This document shows, in pieces, positions 26,239 through 37,127 of a DNA stretch of 64,000 nt. Positions within the stretch are counted from its first letter, which is position 1, and each line of letters opens with the position of its first letter. The position numbers and the translations under genes were made by a program. The stretch is taken from IMG/VR virus record IMGVR_UViG_3300003155_000003. One strand, given 5' to 3'. This stretch comes from a virus. The notes beneath the pieces were generated by a model, which saw nothing but the letters and a program-made list of their open reading frames with translations, searched no databases and had not been told where the DNA came from.

Positions 26239-28187
26239 TAAACAGTAGAAGCTTAGTTGAGGTCGGTGTTGCAATGGTATTAAAAGACCGATTCTCCAAT
26301 GAAGCAGGCAGGATATCTAATTCATTCAGAACAATGATGAATGATATGAATACCTGGAATAGAGGTATTCAAATGTCTGCTGCTAATGCTTTTGATTTTG
26401 GAAAAGAATTGGTTGGTGGTATGGCTAAAGCCTACCAATATTCTGCAGGAGTATACGACCAAGTATTCTTAGCTTCTAAGATGTCTGGAGCAAATGCTGC
26501 TCAACAGGCAAGGCTAATGCAGGTTGCTAAGGAGGTCAACGAGGTAACACCTCTTACAGCAAAAGATATTGCATCAGGAGAAAGGTACTTGGCAATGGCC
26601 GGTAACAATGTAGAGCAAATTGAAAAAATGATTGGCCCTGCAGCTAAACTGGCTTCTATCTTTAGTATGCCTCTTGGAGAGAAAGGTGGAGTTGCTGACT
26701 TGATGACTAACATCATGCAGACCTTCAATATACCTTCTCAAAATGCTACTCAGGTAGTAGACCAATTGGCAACTGCAGTAAATTCTGCAAATATATCATT
26801 AACCGACCTTGCACAATCTTTCCAATATTCAGGAGCCGAATTTAGAAATGCCAAAATCAGTATGGGTGATGCAGCTGCAGCAATTGGAGTACTTGGTAAT
26901 CAAGGTATCCAAGCTTCATCCGCAGGTACTGCATTGGCAAACATGATGCGCTATTTAACACTTTCCGTAACCGGGCAGAAAAAAGCAGGTAGTACTATGC
27001 TAAAATCTTTAGGTATAGACCCGGCTTCTCTAGTGGATTCCCAAGGAAACCTTTTAAGGTTAGATAAGATTATAACCATGCTGGGAGATAAACTTAGAGG
27101 TAGAAGAGGTATAGATATATCTTCTGCTCTGTTCAATATCTTCGGAGTTCGAGGTACAAGAGCAGCATCTGCTTTACTTCAGGATTATTGGTCAGGTACC
27201 AATAAGCTTACTGAACTTATGGATAAGGTAAACTCAGCAAAAGGTACAGTAGAAAGTTTAGCCCAAGAAAGATTACAAACTCCTGCAGGTATTATCGAAC
27301 AGTTTAAATCAAACTGGGAGAACTTTGTAGTAACTGTAGGTTCTACCTTAGCTCAGGTATTTAATCCTTTACTAAAATTTGGTTCAGGTTTACTTAAGAT
27401 AATCAATGATATCCAAGAAATTTGGGCTGGTAAATTCTTAGTAAAGGTAGTTGCTACTGGAGCTTTAGTTGGTACCTTGTATCAGGGGTTTAAGTTTATC
27501 TCGGGTACCATTAGGATGATTAGTACATTCCAAGCTTTAGCTACGGCAGAGACTGAAGGTATGGCTGCGGGTATGACTAAAACAAATGTTCAAGCTACTA
27601 TCCTTGAAGGTCACCTTAGGAATATATCTGCAATGATGATGAGGATGACTGCCTTACAAATGGCTCCAGGTAAATTCTTTGCATTACCAATGGGAGGTAC
27701 TGTAGGTAAAACCAAAAAAGGTACTGTAGTAGCCAGAGATTCACAAGGGAGATTTACTTCAATGAGTACACTTGCTGGAGCAGGGGCAGGAGCTGCAGTA
27801 GGTTCTACTGTAACTAGAACAGCAGGTCAACAGGTAGCTAAGAGAGGTGCTATAGGGTTTGGTGCTAGATTACTTGGTAGTAGACTTTTGGGATTCTTAG
27901 GTGGTCCATTGGGATTAGCTTTATCTATAGGTATACCTTTACTTATAGAGGTAATCGGAGGCCTTACAAATTCTGTAGATAAGAATACTGAAGCTTTAAA
28001 CTCTGATGATAATAAAGCTTCTATTCAAGAAAGAAACCAACAGGCTTTTGTTGAGGCAGTTAGGTCTGCAATCAGAGATGGCTTCAAGGATTCAAGAATT
28101 AATATCTCAGTAGATGGAGAACCAGTTGGAGATTTTGCTCCAGGTAATTCATCTGATTTTACTGGTATAGCTTTAGGAATAAACTAA
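26235..28187 (+). CDS. tail tape measure protein
   Basis: A 650-aa ORF after the chaperone. It has a TMP-core-like stretch LTAKDIASGERYLAMAGNNVEQIEKMIGPAAKLA, a helical repeat character, and a hydrophobic Gly-rich C-terminal part (LLGSRLLGFLGGPLGLALSIGIPLLIEVIGG). Confidence 0.8.
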   Translation: MINSRSLVEVGVAMVLKDRFSNEAGRISNSFRTMMNDMNTWNRGIQMSAANAFDFGKELVGGMAKAYQYSAGVYDQVFLASKMSGANAAQQARLMQVAKEVNEVTPLTAKDIASGERYLAMAGNNVEQIEKMIGPAAKLASIFSMPLGEKGGVADLMTNIMQTFNIPSQNATQVVDQLATAVNSANISLTDLAQSFQYSGAEFRNAKISMGDAAAAIGVLGNQGIQASSAGTALANMMRYLTLSVTGQKKAGSTMLKSLGIDPASLVDSQGNLLRLDKIITMLGDKLRGRRGIDISSALFNIFGVRGTRAASALLQDYWSGTNKLTELMDKVNSAKGTVESLAQERLQTPAGIIEQFKSNWENFVVTVGSTLAQVFNPLLKFGSGLLKIINDIQEIWAGKFLVKVVATGALVGTLYQGFKFISGTIRMISTFQALATAETEGMAAGMTKTNVQATILEGHLRNISAMMMRMTALQMAPGKFFALPMGGTVGKTKKGTVVARDSQGRFTSMSTLAGAGAGAAVGSTVTRTAGQQVAKRGAIGFGARLLGSRLLGFLGGPLGLALSIGIPLLIEVIGGLTNSVDKNTEALNSDDNKASIQERNQQAFVEAVRSAIRDGFKDSRINISVDGEPVGDFAPGNSSDFTGIALGIN

Positions 28188-28194
28188 AACAATT

Positions 28195-29118
28195 ATGGCA
28201 AGAATATTGAATCAAATAGCAGGTGGGGTTGTTGAAAAGTATAATGATCTTACCCGGGATTCTGCCGGAGTTCTTACTGGTCCTTTAAATAAACTTTGGA
28301 GGGCCAGGATTTATTTAAATAGGGCTACATCTACTTTACCTAAAGACACTGCAGATAAAGGAAAGATATATGACCCTAATAATCCTTTTGGACCAAGAGC
28401 TACCTCAAAGAATCCCAAAGTAAACCAAAGGATACAAAACCAATATCGGATGGAATTAAAACATCAGGTAGAGGGTGGAGTTCCTTTTGGCTATGAAGAG
28501 ATGGACCCAGCTAAGGGTAATTCCGTAAATAAGAATAAAGAACTTTTTATGGTAATGCCCGAAGTTCGTAATATGAACCAAGTAGTAATATATAATTTGG
28601 TATCAACACCTTATCAATATATCACTCTTCAAAATAGACCTTCCTCTATTGACTTCCGAGGAGAAACTACTTGGGCTACCATTAAATCAATGGGACGTAA
28701 TACTCCCATGTATCATTACACTGGAGCAGAGGATATAATTCAATTCAATGTATCTTGGTTCTGTAATGACCCAGAAAATCCAGAAGAGGTAATCACTAAA
28801 TGTAGGTTATTAGAGATGTGGTCTAAGGCAAACTCCTATCAGGCAAGCCCACCAATACTAAAGATTGAATGGGGTAATTCTGGTATATTTGAGAACCATC
28901 AGTATATACTTACTTCAGCAACCTATACCTTAAACAATTTCCGAAATGCTTCAAGGACAAGGGTTGCAGGTAAATCATGCGAGATTGATGATTTGAAATT
29001 ACTTCCTGCAGCTGCAACTCAAGAATTAATCTTCAAGAGAGTAAGTGCTTATAACTTATCCTATGCAGATATTGTAAATGAAGAAACTCTAAAGAAAACG
29101 AAAGGAATAAGTTTATGA
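28195..29118 (+). CDS. tail/baseplate-proximal protein (unknown role)
   Basis: A 307-aa ORF between the tape-measure and LysM genes, assigned by position only. Confidence 0.35.
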   Translation: MARILNQIAGGVVEKYNDLTRDSAGVLTGPLNKLWRARIYLNRATSTLPKDTADKGKIYDPNNPFGPRATSKNPKVNQRIQNQYRMELKHQVEGGVPFGYEEMDPAKGNSVNKNKELFMVMPEVRNMNQVVIYNLVSTPYQYITLQNRPSSIDFRGETTWATIKSMGRNTPMYHYTGAEDIIQFNVSWFCNDPENPEEVITKCRLLEMWSKANSYQASPPILKIEWGNSGIFENHQYILTSATYTLNNFRNASRTRVAGKSCEIDDLKLLPAAATQELIFKRVSAYNLSYADIVNEETLKKTKGISL

Positions 29119-29405
29119 TAGACTTAAATCAATACTTAACTGGAGCTAGCCCCTATGATGGGGCAGTAGCTCTTAAATATGATGAGGGGGATTATTCCTT
29201 AGAAACAATCCCACCCTCGGTTCCATATACAAATAATGATAAGCAACATACTGTAATGGATGGAGAAACCTTGCAGAACATTGCTTATCGTTATTATGGT
29301 GATTCGGGAAAATGGTATTTAATAGCTGAGGCTAATAATATCCTAAACCCTTTTGCAGAACTTGAACCTTATCAGTTAATAAGAATACCAATGTATGGCA
29401 ACTAA
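29115..29405 (+). CDS. LysM-domain tail protein (P2 gpX-like)
   Basis: HTVMDGETLQNIAYRYYGDSGKWYLIAEANNILNPFAELEPYQLIRIP is a LysM fold signature. The 96-aa size and the position before a gpD-like gene match gpX. Confidence 0.7.
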   Translation: MIDLNQYLTGASPYDGAVALKYDEGDYSLETIPPSVPYTNNDKQHTVMDGETLQNIAYRYYGDSGKWYLIAEANNILNPFAELEPYQLIRIPMYGN

Positions 29406-29892
29406 GAAACCTAATCAATCAATTCTTTATAATGGAACAGCAACACCCTATATGGCACTGTTCGATTCTGGAGGTATGCCTATAATGAATGTAATTACAG
29501 GTATACCTCTTGGCGCTTATATAAGTAATTGGAGCTACAAATATGATGAGGAGAAGGAGAACTTAGCAACCATCACATTTGATACTGGAGACCCAGATAC
29601 AGTAGATATCCCAGAACTCCAGGAAGGCTCTATTATTTATCTTCAGTGGGGATACATATATCCAGATGGCCAATTTATTTCAAGTCCCATACGAAGTATT
29701 AAGGTAAGGGATTTGGATTGTGTATTCGATTCTACTGGTACTCATGTGACATTAAAGTGTATAGATACCGTTGGAGATTTAAGATTCCAACCACCATACA
29801 CCTATTCGGATTTATCGGAGTATAGCTTATCTAATTTTTTAGATAAGGGTTGTAACAATGATATCGGTGTAATCATAGAAATATTTCAGTAA
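29395..29892 (+). CDS. hypothetical baseplate-module protein
   Basis: A 165-aa ORF with overlapping start and stop codons on both sides. Confidence 0.4.
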   Translation: MATKKPNQSILYNGTATPYMALFDSGGMPIMNVITGIPLGAYISNWSYKYDEEKENLATITFDTGDPDTVDIPELQEGSIIYLQWGYIYPDGQFISSPIRSIKVRDLDCVFDSTGTHVTLKCIDTVGDLRFQPPYTYSDLSEYSLSNFLDKGCNNDIGVIIEIFQ

Positions 29893-31796
29893 TGGCTAAA
29901 CAAGTAATAAGTAATAAAGTTTACGAGTCACTACAGGTCCCGACAGAACAGAGTCGAAATACTGTTGGAAAGATACTTTACTCTAATAGTTTTAGTGGAG
30001 TAGCTCAAGTACCTATGCCAGCAGATTTGAAAGCTCTGATAGATAGTGACTTAGGGTTAATAGGTAATAACATCTTAGTTCAATTAGAACAAAAGATGAA
30101 AGGTTATCCTAATGGTCCTTGGTATATTGATTCTCGAGATGGTGTAATCTATATTCATAATCGAAAGTTTACCCAAGAGCCAGAATATAATTATATATAC
30201 CAATCCGAAAATGGTGAGGTACTCAAAGTATCATTTACCATGCAGAATGTAAAGAAAAGAGTTAAAGCAATTCTATCCCAAACTGTAGACTCGGATGAAA
30301 AGGATATTATTGTGGGTTCTACTGGTATTCAAGAACCAGACAAGGATAAAGAACAGATAACCCCTAAACGGGATAAGGCAGTAACTCCTCAAGATAATAC
30401 TGAAGTAGTACCCTCTTGGGATTATAATACCGGTCAGAATTTCGGATTGGGTCACCCTAATACTCAGGCTGAATTTGTAGATAATCAGAAGAGAGCAAAG
30501 GGTTTTGCTGTTCCAGATTTAAAAACTCTGAGAGAAGCTAATTCAAAAGAACCATTACCTACTCCGGGCCAATCTTTTAATGCTAGTAAAGAGGCTAAGC
30601 TTAATCAGATGTCTGTTGAAGATTATCAAAGAGCTATATCAGAAGTAGAGAGAACTTTACCTGCTGATAAACGAGCTATACTTCAACAAATTAAGAAAAC
30701 CTGTAAGACTGGTAAATCCGTTGAAAGTAATCTAAAACAATATTTTGAAGCTGAGAAATATGTATTTACTGGTGATGAACAGATAAGGTATATGGCTGAA
30801 GAATATATAGACCCTACTGAGTATGACCCAGAAGGTTATAGGATAAAATCTGGTAGAGCTATGGGTGGTTTAGAATACCAAACTAGTTATTCTAGTGCTT
30901 GGGATAGAGGTTATGGAGCTATGCAAAAAGACCCAAATATTGTTGAGGTATCTTCAACCGATACTCAACAATATAATTTGGGTTATGGTAATATGGGTAA
31001 GAAAGTAAAAGTACGCCGTTGGAAGAAACACGATTTATCAGTACCTCTATACAAGTTATATCACAACTTATTTAGTAGATATGGTGGAGCAGATAAATAT
31101 ATTTGGGCTATGAATGCTAATGCTAATGGTGGTCTTAAAACTACTGAAAGAAAACTTTCTTGTCAAATGACCGTAGTTGGTAGACCTTCATTACAATCTT
31201 CTCAGGTAATTTTTTTAGGGAATGTAGGTAAACGTTGGTCTGGGTATTGGTATATTAAATCAGTACAACATTCGATGGATGCAGGTCAGGGTTATCTATG
31301 CACTCTAGATTTGATTAAGAATAATGCTCGGGATGGACAGATAACTGCTAAGTCTCACCTAAGTACTCAGGATATTGTAAGCAATGATGCTGCTTCCGGT
31401 GCTAAAACCCCGTTTGGTAAAGATAAGAAAAAATCTGGGCCTGATTCTAGTATTAACTTTAACTTTACTAATAATGAAGTAACTTATTTTGTTGAAGCTT
31501 ATATGGACCCAGAAACTGGTAAAATGGTAGACCCAAAAGGTGCTGGAAAATTTTTACTTAATAAGCTTTATACGGATGAGATATATGCTAAAGACCCAAT
31601 GGCTATAGCTGCTGGTACTGTACAAACTGAGGGCAATATGGTATATTCTGACGGTATTCTTAAACCGGGTAAAGTTACGGTAAAATGGGTAGACCCAAGT
31701 AAGATTACCCCAGAGATGAAGGCTAAGTATAATTTTGATTGGATTAACTATGCTGAGAAGATGTACATTCAGTATAATAAAAACAAAAAAAAATAA
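29892..31796 (+). CDS. baseplate hub protein (P2 gpD / Mu gp44-like) with long insertions
   Basis: The C-terminal block MTVVGRPSLQSSQVIFLGNVGKRWSGYWYIKSVQHSMDAGQGYLCTLDLIKN resembles the late-control-D family. It lies before the gpV-like spike gene. Confidence 0.55.
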   Translation: MAKQVISNKVYESLQVPTEQSRNTVGKILYSNSFSGVAQVPMPADLKALIDSDLGLIGNNILVQLEQKMKGYPNGPWYIDSRDGVIYIHNRKFTQEPEYNYIYQSENGEVLKVSFTMQNVKKRVKAILSQTVDSDEKDIIVGSTGIQEPDKDKEQITPKRDKAVTPQDNTEVVPSWDYNTGQNFGLGHPNTQAEFVDNQKRAKGFAVPDLKTLREANSKEPLPTPGQSFNASKEAKLNQMSVEDYQRAISEVERTLPADKRAILQQIKKTCKTGKSVESNLKQYFEAEKYVFTGDEQIRYMAEEYIDPTEYDPEGYRIKSGRAMGGLEYQTSYSSAWDRGYGAMQKDPNIVEVSSTDTQQYNLGYGNMGKKVKVRRWKKHDLSVPLYKLYHNLFSRYGGADKYIWAMNANANGGLKTTERKLSCQMTVVGRPSLQSSQVIFLGNVGKRWSGYWYIKSVQHSMDAGQGYLCTLDLIKNNARDGQITAKSHLSTQDIVSNDAASGAKTPFGKDKKKSGPDSSINFNFTNNEVTYFVEAYMDPETGKMVDPKGAGKFLLNKLYTDEIYAKDPMAIAAGTVQTEGNMVYSDGILKPGKVTVKWVDPSKITPEMKAKYNFDWINYAEKMYIQYNKNKKK

Positions 31797-31803
31797 GTGA
31801 ATA

Positions 31804-32523
31804 ATGTACTCAACTGCTAAATTGATAACAGAAGAAGGCCTCGAAGGATTGGGTAGATATTACTCAGTCTATCGAGGCATTGTGGTAGATAATGATGACC
31901 AAGAGAAACATATGAATCGTATCAAGGTATGTTGTCCTGAAGTAATGAGTGGCATTATATCTTGGGCTTACCCAAAGAGTCAACATGGTTCTATCAACAA
32001 TGGTTTTAAGTTCTTAGCTCCTAAGGTTGGTGATATAGTATTTGTTACTTTTGAGTTTGGAGACCCAACTAAACCCCTATGGGAATATCATGGTTGGGCT
32101 TTAAATCAAATACCAAGTCCTTTAGATGGACCAAACAAAATGGGTATTATTACTCCAGAAGGCAATGTAATAGTTCTAGATGATGATAATGGTAAACTAA
32201 CCATGTACATCAATGGAGACATTGGAGTTACTGCAAAAGGTAACATATCTATCCAAGCTCAAGGAGACGTAAGTGTAGGTTCTGGTGATACAGTAATCTT
32301 AAACAAAGGAGAGAATCAAGGAGTAGTTAATATTAAAGAACTAACCGAAAAGCTAAACCAAACTGTTCAAGAACTAGAATCACTTAGAGCTCTATTTAAT
32401 TCTCATGTACACTCTGGTGTAACTACTGGACCAGGTTCTTCGGGTCCTACTGTAACTCAAGCAAGTAAACCATTCTCGGAATTTAAACAAGAAGATTACG
32501 AGGATACTAAATGTATACACTAA
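31804..32523 (+). CDS. baseplate central spike (gpV / gp5 OB-fold type)
   Basis: YRGIVVDNDDQEKHMNRIKVCCPEVMSG...WAYPKS...APKVGDIVFVTFEFGDPTKPLW is the gpV/VgrG OB-fold signature, followed by a beta-helical segment GDIGVTAKGNISIQAQGDVSVGSGDTVILNKG. Confidence 0.7.
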   Translation: MYSTAKLITEEGLEGLGRYYSVYRGIVVDNDDQEKHMNRIKVCCPEVMSGIISWAYPKSQHGSINNGFKFLAPKVGDIVFVTFEFGDPTKPLWEYHGWALNQIPSPLDGPNKMGIITPEGNVIVLDDDNGKLTMYINGDIGVTAKGNISIQAQGDVSVGSGDTVILNKGENQGVVNIKELTEKLNQTVQELESLRALFNSHVHSGVTTGPGSSGPTVTQASKPFSEFKQEDYEDTKCIH

Positions 32524-32945
32524 TGGATAATTACTTTACTGACATAATAGGGAAAGGGGTGACTTTCCCTATTCAACTAAGTAGAAATGAAAAGGGTGAA
32601 ACTGGATGGTATCCGGTTAATGGAGATATGGAGTTAGTAAGAAATAATATTAACTCTATCCTATATTATATGATAGGCCAGAGATTTCGACAGGAAAACT
32701 TTGGGAATCGCTTATGGGAATGTATAGAAGAGCCAAATTCACAAGCCCTGAGTTTTATTATTAAAGAGTTTATAAAAACTGCAATTGGTACCTGGGAACA
32801 AAGGTTAACCTTTAAAGGTATCAAGGTTGCTAGAGTTGATGCAAAGGTAAATATAGAAGTAGAATATTCTATTAATGGTACAGGCTCTAGCCAATATCTA
32901 TACCTTACCTACAACAACTTAGATAATTCATTAAATACAAAATAA
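32511..32945 (+). CDS. baseplate wedge protein (gpW / T4 gp25-like)
   Basis: GKGVTFPIQLSRNEKGETGWYPVNGDMELVRNNINSILYYMIGQRFRQENFGNRLWECIEEPN matches the GPW_gp25 pattern, and the ORF is 144 aa. Confidence 0.75.
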   Translation: MYTLMDNYFTDIIGKGVTFPIQLSRNEKGETGWYPVNGDMELVRNNINSILYYMIGQRFRQENFGNRLWECIEEPNSQALSFIIKEFIKTAIGTWEQRLTFKGIKVARVDAKVNIEVEYSINGTGSSQYLYLTYNNLDNSLNTK

Positions 32946-32946
32946 T

Positions 32947-34668
32947 ATGGGAATCACTAATAAATGGCTTAACCCTTATCAGAGGTCTTATCAACAGATT
33001 AAGGCCAAGCTGATAGAATCTCTTATGGGTATAAAAGACAGAGAGGGGAATGTACTCATAACAGATTACTCGGAAGGAAACATATTAATCATTATCCTTT
33101 CATTATTTGCGGCTATTGCCGAAGTTCTTCATTACTACATTGATAACATGGCAAGGGAAACCTTCTTACCTACTGCCAGAAAGTATGGTTCAGTAGTTAA
33201 GCATGGTGCCTTGGTGGATTATCATGCAAGAGGTGCTATTGCTGCATCGGTAGACTTAATGATATCAAGGGATGTATCTGGAGATTCCATTGGAGCTAAG
33301 TTAACTATACCTGCAGGTACTTTATTCACAGACCAATCAGGGAACAAATGGTTATCTACTAGAGATGTAGTTTGGTATTCAAATGTGACTGATTGTAAGG
33401 TACCAGTAGTACAACATGAGTTATACACTGAAAGTCAGGTTAATGGTATGATTATACCATCCGAAGAAAAATTAAGAATTACTCTCGGTACTTTACCCAA
33501 TGGTAAATACTATGAACATGGAACTATGAACATGAAGATTGGTGGAGAATCTTGGGTATTAGTAAATACCTTCGCTTATTCAAAACCTACCGATAAACAC
33601 TTCATGGTAGTAGTAGATGAATCTCTAACTCCTTATATTACCTTTGGAGATGGTTTATATGGTAAGAAACCTGCTGCTGGTGCAAAGATATCTGATTTAA
33701 CTTTTTACCTTACATCTGGTAGTAACGGTAATGTTAAGTCTGGTACCATTACCTCAGTACCGTCAGTAATATCTTCTTCAGTATCTGATGCAACTGTAAG
33801 TAATACTTATAATGCAGGTGGTGGCTCTAACTACGAAAACTTTGGTATGCTCAAAGAACATATACCTTTGAGTGTTAAGACTATGGGAGTAGCTGTTACT
33901 AAACAGGACTTTGTAGACTTGGCTAAACTGGTAGATGGAGTTAGTAAAGCTAAAGCTGAATATGAATGCGGTAGAAAACTTATTGTATACATTGCTCCAG
34001 ATAATGGGGTAATTGCCAATTCTTCCATGATTAAGAAGGTATATGATATCTTACATCAGAATTCACCTCTTACTACTTGGTTGACTGTTAAGTCGGCAGG
34101 TAAAGTTAATATTATACTGGATATCGAAGTTACTGGTAAGAAGTCATATAAAACCTCAGAAATTCAATCTCAGGTACTCGGTGCTTTGTTTAATGCTTAT
34201 TCTCCTGAGAGTTCAGACATTGGTGGTAGTGTAAGAATCTCAGATATCTATGCCCTTATAGATAATCTGGAATCAGTAGATTACCTACACTTAAAGAAAT
34301 TCTATACTAAACCTTGGCCTACAACCCTTTATGGTAACAAGGAATTAATCCTTGGTCAATTCCAATTGGATAAGGCTAACGGTTCTATGGCTTATTTTAT
34401 ATCTTTCTCTTCAGGAACTACGTTTACCCTCAAGTCTCTGAAAGGTGGATTTTCTTATGATGGAAAAATAGGTAAGACTACACAGATTCGAGATAATATA
34501 AATGGGTTTATCTTTGCCCTTGATATTCAGAACAATGGTTATCAATCTGGATTCAGATATACCATAACCATTGCCGAACCTAACAAGGATTATACAGACC
34601 CAGGTTATAATATCCCGGTATTCGAAGATTCAAGTCAGTTAACACTTAAAGTAAATGAAACAGTATGA
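32947..34668 (+). CDS. baseplate wedge protein (gpJ / T4 gp6-like)
   Basis: It follows the gp25-like gene and has an N-terminal Baseplate_J-like stretch (DYSEGNILIIILSLFAAIAEVLHYYIDNMARETFLPTA). The ORF is 573 aa. Confidence 0.7.
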   Translation: MGITNKWLNPYQRSYQQIKAKLIESLMGIKDREGNVLITDYSEGNILIIILSLFAAIAEVLHYYIDNMARETFLPTARKYGSVVKHGALVDYHARGAIAASVDLMISRDVSGDSIGAKLTIPAGTLFTDQSGNKWLSTRDVVWYSNVTDCKVPVVQHELYTESQVNGMIIPSEEKLRITLGTLPNGKYYEHGTMNMKIGGESWVLVNTFAYSKPTDKHFMVVVDESLTPYITFGDGLYGKKPAAGAKISDLTFYLTSGSNGNVKSGTITSVPSVISSSVSDATVSNTYNAGGGSNYENFGMLKEHIPLSVKTMGVAVTKQDFVDLAKLVDGVSKAKAEYECGRKLIVYIAPDNGVIANSSMIKKVYDILHQNSPLTTWLTVKSAGKVNIILDIEVTGKKSYKTSEIQSQVLGALFNAYSPESSDIGGSVRISDIYALIDNLESVDYLHLKKFYTKPWPTTLYGNKELILGQFQLDKANGSMAYFISFSSGTTFTLKSLKGGFSYDGKIGKTTQIRDNINGFIFALDIQNNGYQSGFRYTITIAEPNKDYTDPGYNIPVFEDSSQLTLKVNETV

Positions 34669-37121
34669 CAAATCTTAAAAACCTAATTGATTTCTTACCA
34701 TTTGAATTTAAGGAGCAAGATACTTATAAAGTCAATGGTAAGGGTATATTAGAAAGATTTCTAGAAATATGTGGTTCATACTTCCAAGATAATATTACTT
34801 CTGATATTGATAATATTCTAGATTTAATCGATATCGATAAAACTCAACAGAGGTATTTAAACTACCTCTGGGAGTTCTTGGGAGAATTACCCTTTGCTAG
34901 AACAGGAGAACATACAGGAGTTCCTAATCTAAGTGATGAACAGATTCGTACAATTTTAAAGTACTCAATCTCATTACTTAAGATTAGAGGCTCAAGGAAG
35001 TTCTTCGAAATTCTTTTTAATATGTATGGGTTAACATGTACCATTGTAGACCCAACAGATGGAGAGATGGATAAATGGGAAAAGGTAGACCCATTATATG
35101 ATACTGATTATTCCCGGTACGATAAGTACAACTATGATAAGATTTATGGTTGTGCTCAATGTATCGAGGTAGATATTAGTATCGGTGGCCATGGCTTTAC
35201 ATCTCCAACTAAAGAGTTCAAGGCTTTCAAACAATCAATTGATAAATTATTCGATAGGTTCTTACCTTATAATGTATCTGGAAATATTAAATATGGTTTT
35301 GACTTAGCCTACAATTATAAGATAGTTGCAGAACCAATGGTATCTCCGGCAAAGATTGTAACTGGCCATATTACAGAAGTACCTATTAGAGTAACTGTAA
35401 CTTCGGATTATGAGGATGCAGACTTAAGGTATCAGGTAACTGGATATGACCCCTCAAAAAACAAGTGGAGCTCTAAACTATACGAAAGTGGTTCTATCTT
35501 TTATGCAAAGAAAGGTGACCAAAGATATTATTTCAGAAGCGTTGGAGATAATTCGGTAACTACTTATGTAGATATAGGTTTAGAGTACTACACTAAGTCT
35601 TATCATATCTATGCAGACTTAATAAGTGGCGGTACCGACTTAGATAACTTGGTAATCACTGGTAGTAATACTAAGATTGAAGTTAAGGTTACTGCTAATT
35701 TGAATTATCAAGGTAGTATTAAACCGGTAGGTGTTCAGTTAATAAATACTCATGAAATTAAACCTTCTGGTTCTATTTGGGAAATAACTTCTGCAGGTAC
35801 TTACGAATTTGTTATTGCAGACTTCCCGGCAAAGAGGATAATCTTAAAGGTTACTTCAATAGCTACTAATTATACTGTAATATGTGAACCTCGAAATGTA
35901 AACATTACTAATTTAGAATCATCTAAGATAACTATTCGTTCCTCAGACCCAAATGAAAATACTACTAATTTGATTGCCGTACTTACTACAGACCCAGGAG
36001 TATTGGTTAGGAATGGTTCTAGATGGACTCCTACCCGAGTAGGTACATTCTTATTCAGATGTACCAAAGATACTTCTGGTAATTCTGCAAATTATGGTAC
36101 AGTAGTTGCTTACAAATTGGGATACACAATTACTTATGGTATTGGAGTATCTAATAAGAAGCTTAGCTTGAATGCTCAAGGTACTGCTTCTATTAAGTTG
36201 TTCCTTACTTCGGGTATCTATTATTCTACCTTTGAAAGTGCTAACCTATATTCATACTTCAATGATACCATAAATGTATACAGAAAGAATACCTCGGGTA
36301 CTTGGGTAAAATTAGGGGATGTAGAATTAGAAGATAGATATGTAGAAGGTCCAGATTTCTATTATGGTAAAAGTATAGATTACCTATTTAATGAAGTTGG
36401 TACTTATAAGTTTGAATCCGTAGGAGACCCAACCAAAACGGTAGAGGTAGAGGTATTAGAATATGTACCTACACCTGAATCCTATTTATGGTTAGAACCA
36501 ATGAATCCCGATGATGAAAATTGGTATGAACTAGAGCCATATTCTCAAACGGAATCCACTAAATATATTAAGGCTGGTTATCAATTAACCAAGAATCAGA
36601 ATTGCCAATTCTATTTAAGATATGGAGATGGTGGTAGTCAGATAACTGGTATTACAGTAGAAGGTTTATCCGAAACTTATAGTTCGAATATCTTAATTAC
36701 CTTTGATACTGCTGGTACCTATAAATTTTATTATCGAGGTTCAGTAGTAACTTTAACCGTAAAAAAAGTAGTACCTCAGTATAAATTAACTCTTAATCCT
36801 GTAAGTGCAGAACTAAGCGATAGTGTACCAGAAGTATCTACTATTGTAACATGTACTTCGGATACTGGAGACTCTGGTGATATAGTTTATGAGACGGTTC
36901 CCGATGTAGTTCATACCAGTCCCTATCAGTTCTTTACCAATCTACCTGGAAAACATACTTTTTATGTAAAAGATAATCCTGCAGTCAAAGTAGTATTTTT
37001 AGTAAATATAAAAGACATAGTAGATAAAACAGAATTAGTATGGGAGTCTAACGATATATCAGAGCAGGGAATCCAAATAGAGGTTCCCGAAGAAACAGAA
37101 TGGAAACTTAAAATAGAATAA
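34665..37121 (+). CDS. baseplate/tail protein (gpI-like N-terminus) with long Ig-like C-terminal extension
   Basis: The N-terminus LIDFLPFEFKEQDT...QRYLNYLWEFLG...LLKIRGSRKFFEILFNMYG resembles the P2 gpI family. The remaining roughly 600 aa are beta-rich repeat-like segments. Confidence 0.5.
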   Translation: MTNLKNLIDFLPFEFKEQDTYKVNGKGILERFLEICGSYFQDNITSDIDNILDLIDIDKTQQRYLNYLWEFLGELPFARTGEHTGVPNLSDEQIRTILKYSISLLKIRGSRKFFEILFNMYGLTCTIVDPTDGEMDKWEKVDPLYDTDYSRYDKYNYDKIYGCAQCIEVDISIGGHGFTSPTKEFKAFKQSIDKLFDRFLPYNVSGNIKYGFDLAYNYKIVAEPMVSPAKIVTGHITEVPIRVTVTSDYEDADLRYQVTGYDPSKNKWSSKLYESGSIFYAKKGDQRYYFRSVGDNSVTTYVDIGLEYYTKSYHIYADLISGGTDLDNLVITGSNTKIEVKVTANLNYQGSIKPVGVQLINTHEIKPSGSIWEITSAGTYEFVIADFPAKRIILKVTSIATNYTVICEPRNVNITNLESSKITIRSSDPNENTTNLIAVLTTDPGVLVRNGSRWTPTRVGTFLFRCTKDTSGNSANYGTVVAYKLGYTITYGIGVSNKKLSLNAQGTASIKLFLTSGIYYSTFESANLYSYFNDTINVYRKNTSGTWVKLGDVELEDRYVEGPDFYYGKSIDYLFNEVGTYKFESVGDPTKTVEVEVLEYVPTPESYLWLEPMNPDDENWYELEPYSQTESTKYIKAGYQLTKNQNCQFYLRYGDGGSQITGITVEGLSETYSSNILITFDTAGTYKFYYRGSVVTLTVKKVVPQYKLTLNPVSAELSDSVPEVSTIVTCTSDTGDSGDIVYETVPDVVHTSPYQFFTNLPGKHTFYVKDNPAVKVVFLVNIKDIVDKTELVWESNDISEQGIQIEVPEETEWKLKIE

Positions 37122-37127
37122 AAATAG